From: Flavobacteriales bacterium
GTDB taxonomy: Bacteria > Bacteroidota > Bacteroidia > NS11-12g > UBA955
DNA length: 51,653 bases
Direction of reading: 5' to 3'
NCBI GenBank assembly: GCA_040376005.1
Contig: JBEIRK010000002.1
Location: forward strand, 1 to 51,653
Shown here piece by piece: positions 29,001-35,399 of the stretch. Position numbers and translations under genes: made by a program. The notes beneath the pieces were generated by a model that made no database searches, was not told the DNA's origin, and saw only the letters and a list, made by a program, of their open reading frames with translations. Position 1 is the first letter of the stretch; every line of letters starts with the position of its first letter.

Positions 29001-30119
29001 AAAACCGCTGATGGTAAGTTTAGGATTGCAGTGCCTTCGGGCAGTTCGGCAATTGAATTGATAGCAACAGATGGATGTAGCATACCCGATACCGTGAGTA
29101 TGAACCCTCCAAAGGCAAGTGTTTTGCGATTGCTGTTGCCGGATAGTGTTCAGGCTTGCAGTGGAAGCGTGCTGCAAATTCCAATTTTGAGCCAAGGAGG
29201 TATACAGAGTATGGCATCTTACGCCACTCGATATAAGGGTTTAGTTGAAACGGGATCCCAGCCTACTTTTAAGGCCACAACCTCAGGCTACGCAACAGTA
29301 GCGGTGACTGATGGTTGCACCCAAGTTACAGACAGTGTGTATGTGCAAAGTATAAGCAGCACCCAAGGTGCGTTGTTTGCCGATACCACAGGTTGCACAG
29401 TGTTGCAAACCCAAGTAGTATTGCCTGCCCAAAGCTTAGTAGGAGCCTACTGGAACATAGATGCCGGTGATGGGAGGGTTGTGCAGCAGAAACCAGCCAA
29501 GCTGGGGGTTGCAGACACAGTATTTACCCTCTACCCGATGTCGGGCAATTACATACAAGAGGTTAAATTGCAAGTAGGCAACCTTTTGTGTCCACTAGGA
29601 AATGCTAAAATTACGGTTTACGCCAGTCCCAAGGCAGATTTTATTTTCATACCTGAGGCGGTTGATGTGAGCTCGCCAGATGTAATTGTTCGCAACCAAA
29701 GCACGGGAGCCAACCAGTACCAATGGCAACTGCCCGATGGAAGCCTGCGAAGCGGATCGGAATTTGGATGGAAGTTTACAGATTCAGGCCAATACGGCTT
29801 TGTATTGATTGCAAAGAATGCACAAGGCTGTAGTGATACGCAAAAGAAGGAAATAACAGTTTATGGGAAGCTGGTGGTGTATATGCCAACAGCCTTCAGG
29901 CCAGCCGGTGTTAACAACAGTTTTATGCCTGTGGTGGTTAATGGCAGACTCAAAGAATACCGCCTGTACAACCGGTGGGGCGAGAAACTCTACGAAGGCG
30001 TGGAACCATACCAGCCTCGGGATGGCAGCTCTGAGCAAATACTGATATGCATAGTAATAGCCGAGAGTCCAACGGGTAAAGAAGTGAAAGTAAAGGGTAC
30101 AGTGGTGGTATTGCGATGA
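26019..30119 (+). CDS. Large cell-surface protein with Cys-bounded Ig-like repeats, a PKD-like domain and a T9SS type-B (gliding-motility-associated) C-terminal domain
   Basis: Signal peptide NIFVFVLLSVISFHKLVG. At least 6 modules are bounded by D(T/S)xxC...(D/N)(G/R)C. The PKD-like segment reads ADFIF..VRNQSTGANQYQWQLPDGS. The C-terminus PTAFRPAGVNNSF..YRLYNRWGEKLYEG matches the PNAFTPNGDG...IYNRWG type-B CTD pattern. Confidence 0.7.
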   Translation: MGNNIFVFVLLSVISFHKLVGQYVYSVSYPSLNTIVPSGNGEQKSVQVYLYISGKANTAYKLYYSGSKDTFIGKLSSKGCDTITIDSATKMTSFVYVKPNIPASFTNYLPNRVLCFNSAAPANVQGFLEYQTEPWDGGKNSLKSRVQQLELSGYANCNNNFSPNYHGSVFPCFAGNALTLKFKKHTFLSVNSYTPILFKNYPWWFYGSRQILQVICNSDSAIVEITGSVDLLNGQAKGKPDTQIIKKGQMLYLGADKGNMSGTQVRTLNCSDVRVYSGAYHSPREMLWEKQYNKPDSPYTESDAMLQAIYYSEIRPSTEYGYRYLIPQYKVMGDTLAWWYMNMAKDLGQPKWGLDGIKPGYSSVQVMALQNNTKVKINGRNRTLKNKGDFFGDSVQWVGYIESDKPVNAVWYCAPMCGHGSYMLPALDIDRISKDTQSLPCFWGYNSKIRRPWKGPVAYVFAPGSGKPEVWINGRKKKLEQRCPWMGEQWYFDTIVLLHNFNNRIHSKNGCMGVYSFEFYGLNSQRAFVFGTDAETPQLRLRINGQWNMSPLEPMQLCQNTAAKLEAVTAWYTPKTVQWLLPGGKTDTGSTINFIFRDTGLQTITIISESPAADCDIQRHYDTLHGKVYVYSIPKFSLGTDTTLCQGTAITLYSSRSELPRPVWREKDSLLCQSCDSLKIQATRTRTITGSVSKVGCAVQRDTIVVRTLDSLQIKIDLPQGFEYCFGQVVQAKLLINNTTNIEGLYHVNWNLAAGSDSGLLTHADSSKWLRVEVSDRCGTIYKDSAYIKVYAPLSLFLNTDTTLCYNSKYKPQFAVFGGHLDSIYTLSWNGKPGIPDFETQRDTQILAILTDGCSVADTQRIAIKVHPKLEIALKTLPDTWCYRQSLPIIATAMGGDTNQYAWSLYSSLAKLDTTTGPAFATTQTSKNAGYYTLKLYNRCGSADTTVKSQWLKYIHISLQHGDTLCPGIADTLQGDLGASGTLYAKRGGFVDSLKTADGKFRIAVPSGSSAIELIATDGCSIPDTVSMNPPKASVLRLLLPDSVQACSGSVLQIPILSQGGIQSMASYATRYKGLVETGSQPTFKATTSGYATVAVTDGCTQVTDSVYVQSISSTQGALFADTTGCTVLQTQVVLPAQSLVGAYWNIDAGDGRVVQQKPAKLGVADTVFTLYPMSGNYIQEVKLQVGNLLCPLGNAKITVYASPKADFIFIPEAVDVSSPDVIVRNQSTGANQYQWQLPDGSLRSGSEFGWKFTDSGQYGFVLIAKNAQGCSDTQKKEITVYGKLVVYMPTAFRPAGVNNSFMPVVVNGRLKEYRLYNRWGEKLYEGVEPYQPRDGSSEQILICIVIAESPTGKEVKVKGTVVVLR

Positions 30120-30263
30120 AGGAAATTAAACCACAAGAGTAGCTGAGGAAAGCCAACGGGAATAGAGATAATCTCTTGGGTAGTAGCGGTAGAGAAGCTA
30201 TTAGAAATCCTTAGAATAAAGTAGAATTCTAGCCTTCCTGGTAATAGAGAACTTTGTGTGTTA

Positions 30264-30271
30264 TATGTTTG
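30264..30271 (+). promoter_or_regulatory. -7 promoter box (TATGTTTG) for the ars operon
   Basis: TAnnTTTG match 42 nt before the arsR ATG. Confidence 0.4.
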
Positions 30272-30287
30272 GTTTTTTTAAATTCTT

Positions 30288-30308
30288 ATCGTAATATTGC
30301 GATACGAT
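30288..30308 (+). promoter_or_regulatory. Putative ArsR operator (inverted repeat ATCGTA-N9-TACGAT)
   Basis: A perfect 6-bp inverted repeat separated by 9 nt. It lies between the -7 box and the arsR start codon (30313). ArsR/SmtB repressors bind imperfect 12-2-12-type palindromes overlapping their own promoters. Confidence 0.45.
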
Positions 30309-30312
30309 ATTT

Positions 30313-30645
30313 ATGGGAATTTCAAAATCTGAAGAGTTTAGTGTGCGGGATAACAAGGTGGCAGATTATGCAAAAGCCCTGTCACATCCCGCTAGAGTGG
30401 CTATATTGCGATTGCTCATGGCCAAGCAAAGTTGTGTGTGCGGCGAAATCGTAGATGAATTGCCTTTATCGCAAAGTACCGTTAGCCAACACCTGAAAGA
30501 ACTAAAACAAGCGGGTGTGATTAAAGGGGAAATTGATGGACCCAGAATTTGCTATTGCATCGACGATAAAGCGTGGGAAACCATGAAGGAGTTATTTTCC
30601 CAATTCTGCAATTCTTATGTTCCCATTTCAGGGAACTGCTGCTAA
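30313..30645 (+). CDS. arsR: ArsR/SmtB-family arsenic-responsive transcriptional repressor
   Basis: Winged-helix core [14 protein letters not shown], the metal(loid)-binding CVCGEI motif, [17 protein letters not shown], and a C-terminal Cys pair. Confidence 0.85.
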   Translation: MGISKSEEFSVRDNKVADYAKALSHPARVAILRLLMAKQSCVCGEIVDELPLSQSTVSQHLKELKQAGVIKGEIDGPRICYCIDDKAWETMKELFSQFCNSYVPISGNCC

Positions 30646-30666
30646 AAATCAAAATACATAGTAACT

Positions 30667-31506
30667 ATGAAAACACATATTGATTTAAAAGACTTGGTAA
30701 AATCCAAATACAGTGAAATAGCGTTGCAAGACAAAGCCAGCAATGCTGCTAGCTGCTGTGGTGCAGGAAGCTGCAGTACAGAGGTGTATAATATCATGAC
30801 AGATGATTACGAGGGATTGCAGGGTTATAATCCCGAGGCAGACTTGGCATTGGGTTGTGGCTTGCCCACCCAATTTGCAGGAATCAAAGCCGGAGATACC
30901 GTGCTCGATTTGGGCAGTGGTGCTGGAAATGATTGTTTTGTAGCCCGCCATGAAACGGGGGAAACAGGAAAAGTAATTGGGGTGGATTTTACCCCAGCTA
31001 TGATAGAAAAAGCCAGAAAAAATGCAGCGAATTTGGGGTATACCAATGTGGAATTTATTGAAGGCGATATTGAAGAATTGCCCGTAGCAAATGACACGGT
31101 GGATGTGGTTGTGAGCAACTGCGTTCTCAATTTGGTTCCCGATAAAGAAAAAGCCTTTGCTGAAATGTTTCGTGTAATCAAGCCGGGCGGACACTTTTCT
31201 GTTTCTGATGTGGTGCTCAAAGGGGAATTGCCTGTGGCCTTGAAATCAGCGGCGGAGATGTATGCAGGTTGCGTTTCTGGTGCCATTCAAAAAGACAAGT
31301 ATCTCAATCATATTTTTATGGCGGGATTTCAAAAATTATCCATTCAAAAAGAAAAGGAAATTGTGTTGCCCGACGATATTTTATCTGACTATTTAACGCC
31401 TTCAGAAATAGCAACGTACCGAAACAGTGGAAACGGGATTTATAGTGTTACCGTATCGGCAGAGAAGCCAGGTGAATGCTGTGCTCCAGGTTGTGGTTGT
31501 AAATAA
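30667..31506 (+). CDS. arsM: Arsenite S-adenosylmethionine methyltransferase
   Basis: SAM-binding motif VLDLGSGAGND. N-terminal Cys cluster (SCCGAGSCS) and C-terminal Cys cluster (ECCAPGCGCK). It sits inside an ars operon. Confidence 0.8.
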   Translation: MKTHIDLKDLVKSKYSEIALQDKASNAASCCGAGSCSTEVYNIMTDDYEGLQGYNPEADLALGCGLPTQFAGIKAGDTVLDLGSGAGNDCFVARHETGETGKVIGVDFTPAMIEKARKNAANLGYTNVEFIEGDIEELPVANDTVDVVVSNCVLNLVPDKEKAFAEMFRVIKPGGHFSVSDVVLKGELPVALKSAAEMYAGCVSGAIQKDKYLNHIFMAGFQKLSIQKEKEIVLPDDILSDYLTPSEIATYRNSGNGIYSVTVSAEKPGECCAPGCGCK

Positions 31507-31514
31507 AGTAGCCC

Positions 31515-31940
31515 ATGAAAAAAACAACGATATTGGTCTTGTGTACTGGCAATTCTTGCCGCAGTCAAATTGCCCACGGCTACCTCGCACATTTCGGGGG
31601 TGAGGCAGTGCATATGTATAGCGCAGGTGTGGAAACGCACGGTGTAAATCCCAAGGCCATACAGGTAATGGCTGAGGATGGGTTGGATATATCTAGTCAT
31701 ACCTCCAACAATGTGAATGAATACACTGATGTGGAATTTGATTGGGTAATTACGGTATGCGACAATGCTAAAGAACGCTGTCCTTGGTTCCCTTCTAATG
31801 CCCAAAAGGTGCATTATAATTTTCCTGACCCAGCAAAAGCTACGGGCATGGAGGAAGAAGTGATGGATGAATTCCGCAGGGTTAGGGACATGATAAAAGA
31901 TTTTTGTAGGGAGTTTATTTCTAATAGAGAATTACAATAA
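31515..31940 (+). CDS. arsC: Arsenate reductase, LMW-PTPase / thioredoxin-coupled type
   Basis: CTGNSCRSQ P-loop (CX5R) plus the downstream Cys pair in TVCDNAKERCPWF. Confidence 0.88.
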   Translation: MKKTTILVLCTGNSCRSQIAHGYLAHFGGEAVHMYSAGVETHGVNPKAIQVMAEDGLDISSHTSNNVNEYTDVEFDWVITVCDNAKERCPWFPSNAQKVHYNFPDPAKATGMEEEVMDEFRRVRDMIKDFCREFISNRELQ

Positions 31941-31954
31941 ATTATTAGATAAAA

Positions 31955-32510
31955 CCAAAGAGAATACAGAGAAAGCTTCTGCGTCCTTTGCGGAAAAAGA
32001 ATACAATAACCACAGAGAACACAGAGAAGACACAGAGAAAGCCTCTGCAACCACTGCGGTAAATAAATACAAAACCACAGAGAACACAGAGAAGACACAG
32101 AGATAACAGAGAGCTCCTCTGCGCCCTCCGTGGTAAAGAGTTCAAAACCTCTTGTAGATGAAGAAGCCTCTGCGCACTCTGTGGTTAAAAAAACAAGAGT
32201 AACCACAGAGAACACAGAGAAGACAAAGAGATAACAGAGAGCCCCTCTGCGCCCTCTGTGGTAAAGTACTCAGAGCCTTATGTAAACAAAGAAAGCCTCT
32301 GCGCACTCTGCGGTTAAAAAACAAGAGTAACCACAGAGAACACAGAGAAGACACAGAGATAACAGAGAGCCCCTCTGCGCCTTCCGTGGTAAAGTACTCA
32401 GAACCTCATGTTGATAGAGAAAGCCTCTGTGCACTCTGTGGTTAAAAAAAATATGAGTAACCGAAGAGAACACAGAGAATACACAGAGAACACAGAGAAA
32501 GGCTCTGTGG
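31955..32510. repeat. Tandem array of palindromic CACAGAG/CTCTGTG-rich repeats (period ~128 nt, about 3.5 full units plus flanking partial units)
   Basis: Unit starts (AACCACAGAGAAC) are at 32073, 32201 and 32329, with a degenerate one at 32459 and a shorter 65-nt unit at 32008. Full units are close but non-identical copies. The array fills the arsC-acr3 spacer. Confidence 0.9.
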
Positions 32511-32558
32511 TCAAAAAGAAATGAATCAAAGTAAAAAAAGAAAAATAGAAAAAATAAA

Positions 32559-33602
32559 ATGAAAAAAAGACTACAATTTTTGGATCAATATCTCACGCTA
32601 TGGATTTTTTTGGCCATGGCATTGGGCGTGGCATTGGGGTATTTCATTCCCGCATTGGCAGAGGGCATACAACAGCTGGGAACTGGCACCACAAATGTGC
32701 CTTTGGCTATAGGTCTTATTTTAATGATGTACCCGCCCTTGGCTAAGGTGAATTACAGTAAAATAAGCAGCGTATTTCACAATATTAAATTATTTTCTGC
32801 TGCTATGTTTATTACATGGATTGTTGGTCCATTTTTAATGTTTTTACTGAGTATTACATTATTGCGCGACTACCCTGAATACATGTCTGGCTTGATTTTG
32901 ATTGGGATTGCACCCTGCATTGCTATGGTTATTGTGTGGAATGAATTGGCAGGTGGAAATCGCGAATATGTAGCTGGATTGGTAGGAATTAACAGCATTA
33001 TGCAGGTGCTGTTTTTTAGTATATACGCATGGTTTTATTTAAAAATAATACCGGAGTGGTTTCACATCGAGGGAGTGGACATACAAATTACCATGTTGCA
33101 AATTGCCGAAACCGTGGGATTGTATTTGGGGATTCCCTTTTTGTTGGGCATCAGCAGCCGTTATTTTCTTATCCGTTGGAAAGGAGAAACCTGGTTTCAA
33201 ACGCGATTTATTCCTAAGATTTCACCCATTACCTTAATTGCGCTGCTGTTCACCATTGTGGTTATGTTCTCGTTGAAGGGTTCGTACATTGTGTCTCTAC
33301 CACTGGATGTATTACGCGTAGCCTTGCCATTGGTTTTATTTTTTGGGATGATGTTTATCCTTTCCTTTTTTGTGGCGAAAGCCATGGGGGCAGACTACAA
33401 AACCAACGCGTCAATTTCTTTTACAGCATCGGGTAATAATTTTGAATTGGCCATTGCAGTCGCTATCGGTGTATTCGGATTGAATAGCGGACAGGCCTTT
33501 GCGGGCGTTATTGGTCCTTTGGTAGAAGTGCCTGCCCTAATTACAATGGTGAGGGTGGCTGCTTGGCTTCGGAAGAAATACTACCCTTCAGAAGCTCAAT
33601 AA
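32559..33602 (+). CDS. acr3: Arsenite efflux transporter, ACR3 family
   Basis: 347 aa with ~10 TM helices. N-terminus FLDQYLTLWIF and the motif GIAPCIAMV typical of ACR3/ArsB (BART superfamily). Confidence 0.88.
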   Translation: MKKRLQFLDQYLTLWIFLAMALGVALGYFIPALAEGIQQLGTGTTNVPLAIGLILMMYPPLAKVNYSKISSVFHNIKLFSAAMFITWIVGPFLMFLLSITLLRDYPEYMSGLILIGIAPCIAMVIVWNELAGGNREYVAGLVGINSIMQVLFFSIYAWFYLKIIPEWFHIEGVDIQITMLQIAETVGLYLGIPFLLGISSRYFLIRWKGETWFQTRFIPKISPITLIALLFTIVVMFSLKGSYIVSLPLDVLRVALPLVLFFGMMFILSFFVAKAMGADYKTNASISFTASGNNFELAIAVAIGVFGLNSGQAFAGVIGPLVEVPALITMVRVAAWLRKKYYPSEAQ

Positions 33603-34797
33603 TGGCCACAGCCCATGCGAGTATGCAGGGAAACACCTTGAGTTGCCAATCAATTACGATCAGTTGTCTCCATGCTGGAGGATATAGGTCTGAAGGTCCA
33701 AAGCATGTAAATGCAAGCACAAATACGAGTACAGTAAGTTTGATGTACTTTGGAAATTGACTATAGAAAAACCACAGCAGCACGCCTACCACGGCGATTA
33801 CAAATGTGGCACTTTCTGCCATATGGTTAAAAATAACCATCCAAATAAGCCAAGTACCTGCGAGGATGGCCCTGCTCGCATACTGGGTATTTTTAAGGCT
33901 TATATACACTGTAATTGCCAATTGCAGTAACAGTCCGCTGATTACTACTAGGTTTTTATTGGGCTGTAGCCCAAACCAAGATTGTAACCAACCCATTACG
34001 GAGTATTTTACAAACGTATTGTGGTCGTTGGCCAATAGATCCATATAGCCTTGAAGTTGCATGGTAAAGCCACGAATACCTCCTGAAATAGCAGGGAGGA
34101 GAAGCATGCCAGTGCAAATAACCAAGGCGGGCACAATGCCGCGATACCATTTGGGATAACACAGAAATAGTGCAAAAAAGAGTATGCCAAAGAGCTTAAT
34201 AAAAACAGTTGCACTGATAAAAAATGCAGCCTGCCACCATTTGTCTTTTTCCAAGGAAGTAAACGCCAGTATGAGCAGTCCTGCAATTAAGGCATTGCTT
34301 TGGCTGTTGATACCTGCGGTAATGGTTTCTTGAATCAACAGCAGGCCAAAGGCCAAGAGCTGCGCGGGTTGGAGTTTTAGTTTTTGAAGGGCGTAAGCCA
34401 GCACAGAGAAATTGAGTAAGTTCCACAACAACAGGCCTAGTTTAGGAGGCAACCAGGCGAAGGCGCCAAAACACATGGCGAAAAACGGACTGTATTTAAA
34501 AAGGTCGTATTGTTCGGTAGGATAACTGATGTAAAGATTTTTCACTTCCCACCAGTGGTAGAATGCATTTTGGAAAATGATATAGTTGTTAAAATGTCCA
34601 AAAGGCCCATCTGATGGCATCAACACATTTCGCAAGGTTACTGCAATACCGGCACAAAAGAATAGCAACCAAACCCAAAGGGAACGGTCTTTTCGCATTT
34701 CAGAAAGGGTATGGAGGAGTGCAGACATCGGTGCAAAATAACCATAAATGCGCAGACCGAAAAAGCAAAGTAGACTTAGGTCTATGGTAGAGCTCAT
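33541..34797 (-). CDS. Polytopic membrane protein, GT87/DUF2029-like glycosyltransferase
   Basis: 418 aa, multi-TM. The family call comes from general resemblance to DUF2029 proteins. The start could be an internal Met (M24 or M34). The 3' end overlaps acr3 by 62 nt. Confidence 0.45.
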   Translation of the reverse strand: MSSTIDLSLLCFFGLRIYGYFAPMSALLHTLSEMRKDRSLWVWLLFFCAGIAVTLRNVLMPSDGPFGHFNNYIIFQNAFYHWWEVKNLYISYPTEQYDLFKYSPFFAMCFGAFAWLPPKLGLLLWNLLNFSVLAYALQKLKLQPAQLLAFGLLLIQETITAGINSQSNALIAGLLILAFTSLEKDKWWQAAFFISATVFIKLFGILFFALFLCYPKWYRGIVPALVICTGMLLLPAISGGIRGFTMQLQGYMDLLANDHNTFVKYSVMGWLQSWFGLQPNKNLVVISGLLLQLAITVYISLKNTQYASRAILAGTWLIWMVIFNHMAESATFVIAVVGVLLWFFYSQFPKYIKLTVLVFVLAFTCFGPSDLYPPAWRQLIVIDWQLKVFPCILAWAVAIIELLKGSISSEAKQPPSPL

Positions 34798-34832
34798 TTT
34801 GAAAGATCATGCGCCGAGACCCAATAGGGTGT

Positions 34833-34894
34833 AAAACAACAAAGTCCGGAAATTACTCCGGACCTTGCTGGCTATGAAAACTTAAATCTACCCC
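34833..34894 (-). ncRNA. Candidate small RNA / attenuator element, proximal copy (28-nt conserved motif plus terminator)
   Basis: On the minus strand: GGGGTAGATTTAAGTTTTCATAGCCAGCA, then hairpin GTCCGGA-GTAATT-TCCGGAC, then TTTGTTGTTTT. It ends 36 nt before the start of the 33541-34797 CDS. Confidence 0.3.
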
Positions 34895-35133
34895 AACGAG
34901 ATAAACGAAGAAAGCAGCAAAAGGTTGTGCGTTTAGAGAAAAAAACTGCAGGGCTAGCGGGGTTTTTCGTTCAAATTGCAGAATATCATAGAATTAAATA
35001 ATTGTCATTTTTTTGTAAGTCGTTTACAAGAATAAATTTTCTCCAAAATATTGATTCTTTTGGAAGTAATAAAAGTGATGATTATGCTTGGAAGCTAAAT
35101 GTCAGCTAAGTTATACTGAAATGGGCATTTCTT

Positions 35134-35193
35134 AAAAATCAACAAGGCCGAAGAAACTTCGGCCCTGCTGGCTATGAAAACTTAAATCTACCC
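35134..35193 (-). ncRNA. Candidate small RNA, distal copy (same 28-nt motif plus a different terminator hairpin)
   Basis: On the minus strand: GGGTAGATTTAAGTTTTCATAGCCAGCA, then hairpin GGCCGAAG-TTT-CTTCGGCC, then TTGTTGATTTTT. A TAGATTTG -7 box lies immediately upstream. Confidence 0.35.
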
Positions 35194-35197
35194 GCTG

Positions 35198-35205
35198 CAA
35201 ATCTA
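35198..35205 (-). promoter_or_regulatory. -7 promoter box (TAGATTTG, minus strand) in front of the distal motif copy
   Basis: The reverse complement of CAAATCTA is TAGATTTG, an exact TAnnTTTG match. The expected transcription start a few nt downstream coincides with the 5' edge (GGG, 35193) of the conserved motif. Confidence 0.3.
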
Positions 35206-35399
35206 TGGTCTTTTACAGCATAATATTTAAGAAAATTTAACAATTTGGCAAAAATTTACAAATGCAAACAAATAGCTTATGAAACTGCATTATTAATTGT
35301 CAAAAGTAAAAAATAGCATAAGTGTAATTACTTACATTTAAATGATTTAGCCAGTCAAAATATGAAAAATGAATAAACTTTTGTTCGAAAAAGGGCTAC

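Noticed and set aside
30685-31286. 169-aa and 153-aa minus-strand ORFs
   Set aside because: They are antisense to arsM, whose SAM-binding and cysteine motifs are unambiguous.
31814-32473. Four overlapping minus-strand ORFs (133, 66, 70 and 67 aa) with recurring SLCLLCVLCG / PQRAQR sequences
   Set aside because: They are translations of the tandem DNA repeat. They overlap each other in different frames and the first runs antisense into arsC. I treat them as artefacts.
31955-32510. Possible CRISPR array, because a ~29-nt CCACAGAGAACACAGAGAAGACACAGAGA block recurs at regular intervals
   Set aside because: The intervening 'spacers' are themselves repeated from unit to unit. The period is 128 nt rather than ~60-75 nt. 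The repeat is internally palindromic with its flanks, and no cas genes are present. It is a tandem or REP-like repeat.
34874-35185. Mini-ORF ATGAAAACTTAA (MKT-stop) on the plus strand inside both copies of the 28-nt motif (34874-34885 and 35174-35185), considered as a possible leader peptide
   Set aside because: Three codons give no coding evidence. The T-rich tails after the hairpins are on the minus strand, so the element reads more sensibly as a minus-strand RNA.
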